A DNA stretch of 64,000 bases from Octopus sinensis (Eukaryota), in NCBI RefSeq assembly GCF_006345805.1, contig NC_043022.1, forward strand, positions 12,958,001-13,022,000, read 5' to 3'. Both the position numbers and the translations under genes were made by a program. Every line of letters begins with the position of its first letter. Position 1 is the first letter of the stretch. Below are positions 37,784 through 51,287 of the stretch, piece by piece. A model generated the notes under the pieces. It worked only from the letters and a program-made list of their open reading frames with translations. It did no database searches and was not told the DNA's origin.

Positions 37784-39291
37784 ATCTAAATTATTCTTTT
37801 CTTTTTTATTCAACAAACCCTGATTTGTTGTGATATTTCTGATTGTCACTTTTGGCAATTGAGGAAATAATTTAAACATTAACCATACCAAAGCTAACTG
37901 AATCTTAGATTCTTAGATCGGGTTATTACAGTAATTAGTAATTCCTGTAGAGTTTTTTTTTAATGCTATTACATCATAGTAAATAGATAATTATCTGCCA
38001 TTTCAGCGCTTACTAATTTCATCACCCCACCTCCACCATCCTAGCAATTACATCACAAGCAAAAACATCATCAGTGAATCTAGCATCAACATGCTTTGTG
38101 TCTGTAGAGTAAATACAGCTCTTAACATTTGGTTTTATTTACAGAGTAAATCCATCATGTTGTGTTGAATTAACAAATGCAAAAGAAATTCAAAGACAAA
38201 ACCATTATCAACGTCCCATTCTGGCATGGGTTGCACAGTTTGACAGGATCTGGCAAGCCACAGGGCTATGTTGTGCTCTGGTATCGGCACTGGCATGGTT
38301 TCTATGTCTGGATGCCCTTCTTAACACCAACCATTTTACAGTATATCCTGGGTGCTTCTTTTGGTTCCACTGGCACTAGTGAGGTCACCAAACAACTTAC
38401 AAGAAAAGGGAAAAGCCCCCTTGGCTAAATGTGATCCAGAGACAAGCACAGATGTCTTTCCATGGGGATAATATATGACTTTGGTGCATTATGCATGGGT
38501 GGATGGGAGTAACTGAGAAACTGAGAGGGTAGTGATTATCTTTTTCTCAAAAACTCTCTCACCCACCCATCTATAATGTGGGGTACCCACTTGTGCTTGT
38601 CCTATCATACTTTAACCCCCTCAACGCCTGGCACAAAGCCACCTCTCTCCCTCTTAAATACTTCCCCCATTTAACCATTAAATTTAATCAATATATACAT
38701 GGAAAAACAAATCAAAGTAACTTTAAAAATAGAATCTCAAGACTAAAGCAGTGAAAAGTTGTTTTAAATTTCAAAAAAATGGGGAAAAAGATATTCTAAA
38801 AATACAAATTATGAGAGTTAAACCTCCTAAATTATTCCCAATTTGGTTTTATATTTATTTTCCATGCTAGCATGAGTTAGCGGATTAGCATGGTTTTGCG
38901 AACAGATGTCAGCTTCTGTTGCTAATTTTTGAAGTACGGGTCTTCTTCCACATATTTTTGAAAACACAAAGACATCACATGACTTGTTGACTTGCAGAAA
39001 ATCATAGCAACTTCACTGCCCTCAGCTGCTCTAGTTTCAGAGTACAAATACAAACAAACATATGGAGGCAAACACACACACACACACACAAACATATATA
39101 TGCATATATACTCTTTTACTTGTTTCAGTCATTTGACTGCGGCCATGCTGGAGCACCGCCTTTAGTCAAGCAAATCGACCCCGGGACTTATTCTTTTTGT
39201 AAGCCCAGTACTTATTCCATCGATCTCTTGCCGAACAACTAAGTGACGGGGATGTAAACACACCAGCATCGGTTGTCAAGCAATGCTAGGG

Positions 39292-39324
<33 letters not shown>

Positions 39325-40059
39325 CATATATACGACAGGCTTCTTTCAGTTTCCGTCTACCAAATCCACTCACAAGGCATTGGTCGGCCTGGGGCTATAG
39401 CAGAAGACACTTGCCCAAGGTGCCACGCGTATATACCTACAAGCTTCTTACAACTTCTGTCTACCAAATCCAAGTATCTTCTACTATAGCCAGGGGCTAT
39501 AGTAGAAGGTGCCATGCAATGGGACTGAACCTGAAACTAAGATTTCAAGATTTTTTAAAACATCTGCAAATCACAGAATGAGATGTTCTTGTCTTTGAAT
39601 GTCTCTGTTTCCCATTGTTAATGAAGCATTGATTTACTCTGTAAATAATGGTTAGTAGTGTGTCTACTCTGGATTTAAAGTTTGTTGATAAATTTCATTA
39701 ACGAGGTATTTGTCATAATGATATATTTATTAATGATTGTAATGGACTTCTGATGTAATTACCTCCTAATTTAATGGCCCATGATAAATTTACTGCAAAA
39801 CTTGTAACACTTTGCATTTCTAACAAATTATTTTAACTGATCTGGGTTTTTTTAAATGGTTTTTATTTTAATTATTTTTGTCTCATTTTTGTATAATGTT
39901 TAACTGGCAAAAAAATATCTTGTTTTATGAATTATGTTTTAAAATATCCATGTATTAGAGAAACCATTATGTAATTCTGAATCAATATCATGTCTCTAAG
40001 ACATTCTGTTGTGTTAGGAATTTCTATTTATAAACTTTGTGCAAACTTACTTTTGTTTA

Positions 40060-40250
40060 ACACACATTGTGGTGATGTCATTGTGCACACATTGTGATGA
40101 CAGTGTACACATTGTGATGACAGTGTACACATTGTAATGACAGTGTACACATATTGTAATGACAGTGTACACACATTGTGATGATACTGTACACATATTG
40201 TGATGATACTGTACACATATTGTGATGATACTGTACACATAGATGACATT
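40060..40250. repeat. About 20-22 bp minisatellite (cacattgtgatgacagtgta)
   Basis: Directly visible tandem units. Confidence 0.85.
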
Positions 40251-40624
40251 GTACATGAGGGCCTCATTGTACACAAATTTTGATGGCCTCATGTTGCACA
40301 CACAATGATGTCCTGTCTTTATTCAAGTCATAATTTTGCTGTTCTGCAAAATATTTTTTACTTTTCTGATTCTACTTATTGCATTTAAATGTTCTTTCTA
40401 ATTATTTCTCAGTGAAGATGCTCTTACACATATACACTTCTTAACACACTACATACTTGTTATACTACAGTGATGTGGGACACATTGTCCATTAAACTTA
40501 TATATATATATATAATGTGTGTGTCCACATAGCTGCCACACATACATACATAGGCAAAATTATACATCATGACAGCCCTCTAGCCTGTTGCCTTATAATA
40601 CAGATCACTATGTAATATAGTTAC

Positions 40625-40862
40625 CAGATGTATGTAACGCAAGCAGCAAGATGTGTGTGTAACGCAAGCAGCAAGATGTGTGTGTAATGCAAGCAGCCGG
40701 ACGTGTGTGTCACGCAAGCAGCTGGACGTGTGTCACACAAGCAGCCGGATGTGTGTGCCACGCAAGCAGCTGGACGTGTGTGTGTAATGCAAACAGCAGG
40801 ACGTGTGTGTTACGTATGCAGCAGAATGTGTGTGTGTGTGTAATGCAAGCTGCCAGATGTAA
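40625..40862. repeat. About 25-27 bp degenerate minisatellite ((gt)n-aacgcaagcagc-ggac)
   Basis: About 9 units ending roughly 115 nt upstream of the 40978 exon. Confidence 0.8.
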
Positions 40863-40977
40863 GTAGGTATCCTGTCCACACAGCCATTGCTACACTCTAA
40901 TTGTAGAGTTCCTTCATAGCTTCATTGACACCAGCATTGTTGTTACTGTGTTGCTTTTTCTCTCCTCTCTCTCTCAG

Positions 40978-41159
40978 TAGTGGAAGTCATGATCAGACAC
41001 CATGTAGATATCCTGCTAGCAATCCTATCTCTTGCTCATACAATATTGCAACAGCCATTGATCCCACCTACAAGCGAAGGCAACACGAAATTCACGCTGC
41101 CGATGAAACAGAACCCAAAATCTCTCTAATGTTGTCTCGTTCACTACCTTTACATGCAG
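40978..41159 (+). CDS. CCDC50: CCDC50-like exon
   Basis: Long CT tract + CAG/TAG tandem acceptor, GTGAGT donor, phase 2->1: (S)SGSHDQTPCRYPASNPISCSYNIATAIDPTYKRRQHEIHAADETEPKISLMLSRSLPLHA. Confidence 0.82.
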
Positions 41160-42938
41160 GTGAGTACCACTGCTAGTTTACCTGTGGGCAGGTGGGTGGA
41201 TTTAACCTACAAAAAAAAAAAAAAAACTGAAATAATCCACCGCTTCATCCTTTTGCAACTGATTCTTTTAGCCAAACCACATCTGTCGATCAGACTCTTC
41301 CCGTATCTGATTGTCACTGCATTCAATTAGCTTGTTTTCAAGTTTATTTTTCTGCTTACAAACGACCAATTATAATTGATCCATGACGTATAATGAGTTT
41401 CCAAATTGGGGTTAGCAGTATCAAACAAATCTTTCAATAAACACCTTTTATAGCCTTTTTTATGTATTCTCTCTGGTGATGGTCACTCTGAAAACTCTGG
41501 ACCCTCTACAATTATATAGTATATCATCTATCTGCATATATTATATCTATATTCACATAGTATATCAACTTGTTTCACATAGTTTATCATCTGGCTTGAA
41601 AAAAAACACATATACTAACATTGGTGGTATCAAAAAATCTTTCGAACACATCTTGTAACTTAATCTTTGTATTGATTCTCTTTGGTGATGGTCACTCTGG
41701 AAACTCTGCACCTTCCACATTCACATCATATGTAATCTAGCTTCACATAGACTAATTCTCATGATATATCCTCTTGCTTTACATAGTATATCTACATTGA
41801 TTTTAACTTTTGGCACAAGGCCAGCAATTTTTGGGGGTGGGATGAGTCGATTACATTGAGCTCTGTGCTCAACTGATATTTATTTTATCGACCCTAAGAA
41901 GATGAAAGACCTTTGTGAAATTTGAATTCAGAATATGAAGACCGAAGATCCAAGGAACGCACTGAAAAAAAGTGGGTGTGGCCAAAAGAGGGTGATGGGT
42001 GTAAAAACAACAAAATAATGGTTGAGTTCTATTTGTGAAATAGAGTCGTTTTGAATTTGATGCAGGGAGTGGTCTGTGTTTGTGGTGGTGAGTGGGTGTT
42101 AGGAATGTGATCTGGGTGCCCGAAGGACGGCAGCCCAAAAACGTTTGGAAACCATAATTCTAGATCATAACAGACCACCATCATAATCTATGTCATGACA
42201 GACCACCATCATAATCTATGTTATAACAGCCATCATCATAGTCTATATCATAAATCACCATCATTTTCTAGATCATAGCTGACAACCATAATCTGTAACA
42301 ACTACCATTAATTTTCATCATAATAGACCTCTATCATCGTCTAGATCATAGCAAACTCCCATCATGGTCTATATCGTAGCAGACTCCCATCAATACGTGT
42401 CAGTGTGACAAAGAAACAAGGAAGGTATCAGGTGGTTGTGAGATGTGCTAAATCACCCTTAAATCACAAACTTTTTTTTTCTTTCATAATCATGAATTCC
42501 TGTGTGTAGAGCACAAATTTCCAAAACTTTGCTGAATATTCCAAAATATTCCAAAAACTGGGGTGATTAAACTAGAATTCAGCCCTTGCATTTATATGAA
42601 TGTTTAAGTTTTTGTACAAAATACTTAATAATCATAATATTTAAAGAAAGATTATTTTTTAAAGTTATTAATTATTTAGGAAACAGAATGGCACAAGCAT
42701 TTGGGGAAGAAGTATTTGTATAATGTGTGTGTTTTGTGTGTAAGTGCTTTCATTGAACGACGACGGTGTTTGCACACAAAATACACATTATACAAAAACT
42801 TCTTCGTCAAAGGTTTTTGATGTTCTGCTGTCTAAATATATATATATATCTATATCTAATATAGGATAAAAATTTTCGAAAAAATTTTTATCAATGGCCA
42901 GCATATTAAAAAATACCTTTAAAGGTTAAATTTCATAA

Positions 42939-43186
42939 ACAACTTATAAACAAGAGCAAAAGAAAAAATTCTAATGCCAAATATGCCGAAATATAGACTT
43001 GTTCGTCAATAACCATTAATTAATCACTATAAGCACGCGTCTCGAAGAAAGCTGGCAGAAATTTCTGTCTGCTTGCTTTCGAGACGCGTGCTTATAGTGA
43101 TAGATTATATGGTTATTGAAGAATAAGTCTATATTTCGGCATATTTGGCATTAGAATTTTTTCTTTTGCCCTTGTTTATAAGTTGT
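42939..43186. repeat. Near-perfect 248-bp palindrome (foldback element)
   Basis: acaacttataaacaag...tataagcacgcgtctcgaa is mirrored by ttcgagacgcgtgcttata...cttgtttataagttgt, with almost no spacer. Confidence 0.9.
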
Positions 43187-43919
43187 ATATATATATATAT
43201 ATTTAATAGTTAATAATTAACCGCAGTAGTAGACACTTTCCATGTAGTGAGACTGAACCTGGAACCATGTGGTTGGGAATCAAACTACTTACCACGGAGC
43301 CACACCTGTTGAAAATTTTTATAAGAAATATGTTTGTTTTTCAGAAAATTAGTCGTTTAAGTCCCACACCAATAGTGACTGCCTAAATTTCTTTCGGTGT
43401 AGCTGTTAACTTCCTCTGTGTTTAACAATATCACTCCAGATTGCATCGGTCAGCTCAGCCCAGAAATGCACATTGCAAAAAACGTTTCGAAGCTAGTGAA
43501 CAACCCTCTAAGGAAGAAAACTCTCCTATTTCTGTAGGGATTGATTTCCTTAGAGCGCTGAGCTTTTTAATAAATAAAAATAACCTTTTCTTCAACAGCA
43601 ATGGCTCTCAACTGGGGTCCAGATAAGATTTTGTTAAAATTTATATGCAATAAATTGCTCATACTTCTACAAAACACAAAATATCTTTATTATTTTTTTT
43701 AATGCAATTCTTAATATTTAATTATAAAAGTATAATAGAATTTTGAAAGACCTCACATGGCTACGAGGGTCCCTCTGCCTGATTAAAATTGGTATCAAAG
43801 GGTCCATAGGTGAAAAAATGGTTGAGAATCATGTAAGGGGAAAAAACTCTAGCATTTTCCTCTATTTCTATCGTGTAATGAATCTGTAATGATTTCATTA
43901 CAGGACTGGGCTTTTAATA

Positions 43920-44595
43920 ATAATCTTTTCTGCAATAGGTAGGAATCCCGAATTTTTTTTTTTGGTGAGTTGGGGTGCGGCTGAGGGACTAATTGATTAC
44001 AACGAACCCAGTACTCAACTGGTACTTATTTTATCAACTCCAAAAAAAAAATGGAAGGCAACGTTGGCCTTGCCAGAATTTGAACTCAGAACGTAAAAAT
44101 GAACGAAATTCTGCTAAGCATTTTCTCTGGTGTGCTAACGATTCTGCCAGATCACTGCTGTAATAATAATAATAATCCTTTCTATAATAGGTACAACACC
44201 TGAAATTTGGTAAGGGAGTGACTGGATTATATTGACTCCAAAAGGATGAAAGGCAGAGCTGACCTCAGCAGAATTTGAACTCAGAACATAAAAACAGACA
44301 TGGTTTCAAATTCTGATCCAAGCCCAGCAGTCTTATGGGAAGGGGCTAGTCAATTACATCGACCCCAGTAATCAACTGGTACTTATTTAATTAACTCCCA
44401 AAAAGAGGAAAGGCAAAGTCAACCTTAGGAGCATTTCATCCATCTTTATGTTTGGAATTCAAATTCCACCAAGGTGGACTTTGACTATCATCCTTTTGCA
44501 GTTGATAGAATGAGTGTCAGTTGAACCCTGGGGCTGATACAATCAATTAGCCCTCTCTCCCCAAAATTTCAGGCCTTGTGTCTGTAACAGAAAGG

Positions 44596-44626
<31 letters not shown>

Positions 44627-44800
44627 GATTATAATAAATAATTTGTGTGTTGCCTCATCACAAAAGACGGTCTGTAATAGTAGTAACATCTGGGTACTGT
44701 TATCTATTTCTGCTGAGGTCAACTCTGCCATTTATTCTTCTAGGGAGGGTTGATAAAATAGAGTACCAGTTGTGTACTGGGGTTGATGATATAACCTATC
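43920..44800. mobile_element. Cluster of decayed family A SINEs in both orientations
   Basis: Core motifs on the - strand at 43920-44430 and on the + strand at 44435-44800. Confidence 0.65.
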
Positions 44801-45742
44801 ACTTCCTTCTTACATCACACTCCATTGTGAGTGGTTTTATACTTACGGTGGGAATCATTGTTATTGGAAATCAGAAAATATTCAGATTATTGTTACTTAA
44901 GTTGTAGGAATTTAGGAACTTCAAGAGATGTGAAATAATTAGTTTTTGATAGTGAAGCTTGAAGCAAATAAAGCTATACATAAAAGCATGTAGATATTGG
45001 GTGAAAAAGCCTTCAATTATTTTCCATCTAAAAGGGTTTTTTAGACCAATATTTGCAAGTTGTTATAGCTTTAACAACTTAAAGTTCCACAGTTAAGCTC
45101 AAATTATTTCATGTTCTCTTGAAGTTTCTAAATTTTTATGATGTCAACCACATAGATTTCTCACTGGGAAGAACAAGGCTTCTGAAATGGATGAAAAAAT
45201 TTGAAGGATTACTTTGGTCCAATGGTAGAACGAAGATGTGGGTTCACATCCCACAGGCAGCCTTTGCTTTATTCTACCCAAAAGGTGTTCCAACCCTGCA
45301 TTTACCCACTATAATTCATAGTTAAGTTCAACAGTTAAAAACGAAATATATATTCATGTGTTACAAGAACTTAAATACTTCAAGAGAATGTGAAATAATT
45401 CCTTTTATGGGTCAAACTCAAAACAGGTGAAGCTATAAATTATACCATTAAAAATTTGGCTTTAAAAAATCCCTGTGAATAGCAAAAGTCAAAGCTAGAC
45501 TGTCTGTCGTGTTGACTAAGATATGGGTTTGTGTCCCACAGGCAGCCTTCAGCTCTTTATATCCAACGGAATTTCTTTCAACCCAATATTCTACATTTGT
45601 AGCTTTATCTACTTCAAGTTCCACCGTTAAATAAAAAAAAAAAATGAATTGTTGTTGTTGTTGTTGTTGTTTATCGTCATTCTCTTGACCATGTGATTGC
45701 AACTAATGTTTTTCTGTTACCTTATATGATTGATCCAATCAG

Positions 45743-45844
45743 ATACAGATCTGGAGTGGGATCCTGGACTCCGAGGTAGCTTACGCCGGCCAAAAGTGGC
45801 ACACTGGAAGCATATAGCAACTTTACATGGTGGAACCACTGAAG
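45743..45844 (+). CDS. CCDC50: CCDC50-like exon, probable cassette, boundaries ambiguous
   Basis: Phase 1->1 open frame (D)TDLEWDPGLRGSLRRPKVAHWKHIATLHGGTTE. In-frame alternative acceptor (start 45749) and donor (end 45775, GTAGCT); splice signals are weaker than for the other exons. Confidence 0.55.
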
Positions 45845-46313
45845 GTATTCTTCCACCACCTTCCTCCTCCTCCTCCTCCCACCATCACTCGCTCTTTCTT
45901 GCTTCATTGTCTTTTTTTCTTGTTTGCTTTTTAATCTCCTCCTCCGACACCCACCCTATCTTCCCCACCCGTCGCCACTGTTGCTGCAGCTAACTCTTTC
46001 TCTCGTTCCCTTTCCATTCGCCTTCAAACCAATTTCTACCACCCACCCCACCCCCACTCCTCTTCCCTTGCTTTAAATTTTTGTGTTTTATAGTAAAATT
46101 CTAACTTTTGCTTCTTCTGCCACTGCTACGTTCTTCTTCTCTCTCTCTCTCTCACTCTCTCTCTCTCTCTCTCTCTCCACATCTTTGTCTCTTCTGGACA
46201 TTTTTGACCTTCCGTATTGACATTTTCATCCATCTGCAATTTTATACCCACCAACACACACACACACACACACACTATCGTGTACACATGCACAAATGTG
46301 TGTACACATACAT

Positions 46314-46351
<38 letters not shown>

Positions 46352-46488
46352 GTATGTATATATATATATATATCTGTGTATATATATATATATCTCTGTG
46401 TATATATATATATATATCTGTGTGTATATATGTATATATATATCTGTGTATATATATATATATGTGTGTATATATATGTATATATATA

Positions 46489-46537
<49 letters not shown>

Positions 46538-47442
46538 GTACATGTATGTATAATGGGCTTCTTTCAGTTTCTATCTCTCAGGTGTACTCAAAGGTTTTGG
46601 TTGGCCTAGGGCTATAACATAATGCGTGTGTAAATTGCCATCATCATCATCATCATCATCACACACACCACACACCCTTACTCTTTTGATTTCCAACTTC
46701 TACAGGAATATCCAGAGCTGTTTCCCCTCCTTGCCAACCCTTTTTTCTTTCCTTTTAGCTAATCCTATATTCTAAAAGTTCACAAGGGTGGCTTTGATTC
46801 AAAACATTAATCTCAGATTGTATTACCTGTCTACTCCTGATTGTGTTTGTCTACCTATCTGCCTACCCTGCAGACAAGCACCTGATTCTGTGTCCCTTTT
46901 ACAACACCTGCTTACCTGTTGCGCCAACATACTACCTATGTCCACCTGTGTATCTACTCTTATATATAACACATTGCTAACAGACCATCCTTCTCCTCCT
47001 CCTCCTGCTTCAATTGTGTACCTTTTTTTTTTTTCCTATTTTAATTGTTTGACTTTTTTTTGGTGTTGTTTGTGGGTTTTGCTGTACCTGTGTTGCATTG
47101 TGCTCTATATTTACCTTTTTTTATCTTGCCCTATCTCTTTCTCTCCGTCTCCTACATATATACATGTATGTGTGTATGTGTTTTAGTTAAGTTGGTCTCT
47201 TGCTGCCCTGGAAATCCTCTGCACTTTCAAGTGAAACTCAGACCAGCAAGAAACTGACTCAACCCCCAAAAAATATTATTAATCTCCTCTATGTTATTGA
47301 GTACTCTGCTGTCTTCCAACAGTCAACAATAAATTAATAATATATATATAAAATAATGAGCATTTTTGTCTATAGTGTTGAGATTTCATTTTGTCAGTGC
47401 TCAGTTTCATGTGATTAGTTTTCTTAACATTCATAATTATAT

Positions 47443-47498
<56 letters not shown>

Positions 47499-47650
47499 AT
47501 TAAATATTAATCTATGATTGGACAGAATAATGACATCAAAGGAGTATAATTTTTCTTCTCTTTGTAAATTTAAATATCTAAAAAAAATTTATCTCTTCCA
47601 ATATTTCTCTATAAATCTCACTATTTCTTAGTTGTGTGTCTCTCTCTCTT

Positions 47651-47691
<41 letters not shown>

Positions 47692-48802
47692 CTTTCTATC
47701 TATATCTCTTTCTATGTATCTGTGCTTTCTCTCTCTTGCTATACTTTTGTTTCTAGTCTCTTCTACAGTGTTTGCTTGATATTCTAATAACTTAAACATT
47801 TTAATTAAATCTGAACTGACTTAAATTAACCATTTTTTTATTCCAAGATTTTCTCTTTTCTAATGAATTTTCTTATTTTTATTTTCCCCTTATAAACAAT
47901 TTTCTTGTTTCAGCAAATAATAATAATTTTTTCAAATGCCATTTTCATATATTATTGTTCAAAACTTTTCAAATGTTAAATAACTTCAAATTATGAGATG
48001 TAGTGGCTGAGATGCTGCTAAGATAAGTGACATCATACTTCTTCCTTGAATCATCTTCCAAGAGCTTCGTCTTTTGATTTCTCCATAAAATCAATCTTCT
48101 GTTGGTAACTATGACTAAGGCTGGACTTAGAGAAGCACTTCACACCCCAATGGAGCAGAGGCCATTGACAACCTCTCTTCACTATTTTCATCCCTGGGCT
48201 GTCATTTCTGCATCTCTCCTGTCGGATCTCTGCTTTTTCAGCTCTGCTTCCATATAGGGCATCTTCCTTTCCACCTCCCTTATGGGTCCTTGTGGCCCTG
48301 AGAAAAGGTCCTCTCTCCCAGGTTTTGTTAGGTTTGCATTGTTATTGAGGCCTCTGTTTTTTTTTTTATACTTCTGAGAAGAAACGGTCCATATTAATCT
48401 GGCCTGCTTGCATAATCTGGCCTGCTAGCATAACTGCCAGGGTCATTGAGGTACACAATCCTCCATGCCTCAACAAGAGCTGGACCTTGTGGTGCAAGGT
48501 TGGGCTTCGGGAAACATTAAAAATCTCCCTTTCTAATTTACAATGTTGTTTACATTCCTATCTTTGCAATTCTACTTCAACTTTGCAAGTATTCTTAAAT
48601 GTATCTCAGACTGGAACCAACCATTCCTTTCCTAAAAGTAGTACCATCAAAACACACCATTTTTACTTTTACTGAGTTCTCTGGGATTAATCGATGTTTA
48701 TAGAATATTTTCTTCTTGAATAGAAATACAGACATTTTGAAATATCTAAAAATGGTGTCATGCCTGGACTATTATAATTAATGTTGCCTTAGACATTGTC
48801 AA

Positions 48803-49012
48803 CATCATCATCATCATCATCGTTTAGCATCCGCTTTCCATGCTAGCATGGGTTGGACGGTTCGACCGGGGATCTGGGAAGCCAGAAGGCTGCACCAGGC
48901 TCCAGTCTGATCTGGCAGTGTTTCTACAGCTGGATGCCCTTCCTAACGCCAACCACTCCATGAGTGTAGTGGGTGCTTTTTACGTGCCACTGCACAGGTG
49001 CCAGGCGAGGCT
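48803..49012 (-). mobile_element. Retroposon family D, truncated within the first monomer
   Basis: (CAT)n + body; ends at gccaggcgaggctg. Confidence 0.85.
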
Positions 49013-49547
49013 GTGTGTATGTATACTCATAGTTCAATGTGTGTGGTGTGTGTGTATACTTATACATGCATACGTAAGTTAAACATTTTGTATGTATATA
49101 TATGTTACAACTTGTATTTAGACACATGTGAAACACATAACCTTACACACAGTGTGCACACATAATCTCATACAGTACGTACATACACATCCACACTGTA
49201 TACACACACACTACACACATGCGCAGTTATACTCACACCCATATACACTCGCACAGCCCATTATGGCTGCCCCCTCGTTATCGAGTATGGCCATTGCACG
49301 AAGCTTAACTGTTACTGGTGCTGTGATCGAATGTGACTTTTTAGCCCAGCTAAAGATCTACAATGTCTTGTACACTCGCACAACCCATACATACATACAT
49401 ATATACATACATATATACACTCACACATGCAGTACTAATGTGACACAGATTTTTGAAAAGATAAAATCTTAAATTAACAAGTTTTTAACAGATATTTCAA
49501 TTATATTTTGTTCTATTTTTAATTTGTTTTTTTTTTTCATTCCACAG

Positions 49548-49702
49548 AAGAACCTGTAAATGATGATGATTTAAATGATGGAATGACCGGCACCGGTCAG
49601 CAGATTCAGCCAGTGCCAGGGCAACGGAGAGCTGCAACTATTGACCGAAACAAGAAACTAAAGAAGCCAACTAGTAAAAATGGAACGTGCAGACAACAGT
49701 AG
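49548..49702 (+). CDS. CCDC50: CCDC50-like terminal coding exon
   Basis: Strong T-rich tract + CAG acceptor, phase 1: (E)EPVNDDDLNDGMTGTGQQIQPVPGQRRAATIDRNKKLKKPTSKNGTCRQQ then TAG (49700-49702). Confidence 0.85.
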
Positions 49703-50681
49703 CCCCTGACCCCCCCACCCGTCCCCCCTCCGTCCCTTGTTCTATGTAGACAGTATGAGTTCTTGTCCATTTATTTTCTCTGTATCCTTTTGACAACAGC
49801 AGTCCCTGCCTCACTGGTCTTCTCTGGTCTCTACAATGCTTTCAACACAACAACATACCAACACCAATTTCTGCAGCTGAGTGCGACCCAGAGCATCACC
49901 GATGCTGCATTTGCAGTTAGCTTGCTTCTGTGGAATAATTAAATGCATCACAGGAACTATAATAATAATAATAATACCAACCAGTTAACTGTACAACATT
50001 TGCTCTATCGACAATACATTGAACATGCCAACACTTGTATACAAAGCAAAGACATTCGGAGCAACTACTAACATCACTGATGCTACATTTGCAGGCAACA
50101 TGCTTTTGTTACATAACTCCAGGCATCACAGACCCTATATGAATGCCTACCAGTTAACCATGCAGCATCACGCTTTCTACAGAGAGCTAGATGACTCTCA
50201 CAGACCCTACTGTGGACCCATTAACTAAACGAGACTGTTGTCGCACAACATTAGTATCTCCTAGATTTTTCTACCTGTCAATGTATTCAAGGGCCACTTT
50301 CACAACCCTTTGTATTTACCAACTAGATTAGTGAGAGAAGACCTTTCTGTTTGCCAATTTCACAAAGGACCACTGCTACGGATCTTATTTTGTGTATCAG
50401 TTCAGCAAGAAACCATTCTGTCTTCTAATTTAATGAAGAGCCATTATTACAGAAATTTTGTATCTCCCAGTTTAGAATTAAGCTAAAACAGCCCCTATTT
50501 TTCAATGTGCACTGTAACATCTAACTTGTGAGCCATTCATATCTGGCTCAAACATTAAATATGGCAAGATTTTAGTTTTGATAAAAACCTATTTATACTT
50601 TGTGAACCAACATCTTCTTTACACCTGAGGCTATATACATGTGTGTGTGTATGTATTATATATATATATATATATCATTAT

Positions 50682-50972
50682 GGAGTCACATGGCCTGGTG
50701 GTTAGAGCAGCAGACTCGCGGTCGAGGGGTCACGGGTTCAAATCTCAGACCAGGCGATGTGTGTGTTTGAGTGAAACACCTAAGCTCCACGCGGCTCCAG
50801 CAGAAGGTAATGGCAAACTTCTGCTGACTCTTTGGCCACAACTTTCTCTCACTCTTTCCTCCTGCATCTTGCAGCTCACCTGCGACGGACCGGTGTCCTG
50901 TCCAGGTGGGGAACCTATACGCCAAGGAAACCGGCCCTTATGAGCTAAGCATGGCTCAAGAAGGAACAAACA
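50682..50972 (+). mobile_element. SINE family C in the putative 3' UTR
   Basis: tRNA-like head ggagtcacatggcctggtggttagagcagcagactcgcgg...gggttcaaatctc; aacaaacaa tail. Confidence 0.8.
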
Positions 50973-51287
50973 ATATATATATACCATCAGTGAAAGTGCT
51001 TACACTCTTTATAGAATCATATTTATTAGACTGTAATTCAAACATATTGTTAAATGTTTATTTTAAATAGCTAATAATATTTATTATTAATATAGGTTAC
51101 CATACAATTGTATTTTTGAAGCAAAGTTACTCCTGCTAATACAAGGAGTACTGATGTTGGAACAGACAAGATACTCCTCACATGTTCCTCTCATGAGTAC
51201 TTTTTCTTTCGCTTTGTTTTAAAAATACAGTAACATTGTATATACATGAAAATATATATAATATACACATTGTATGTATAATATGCA

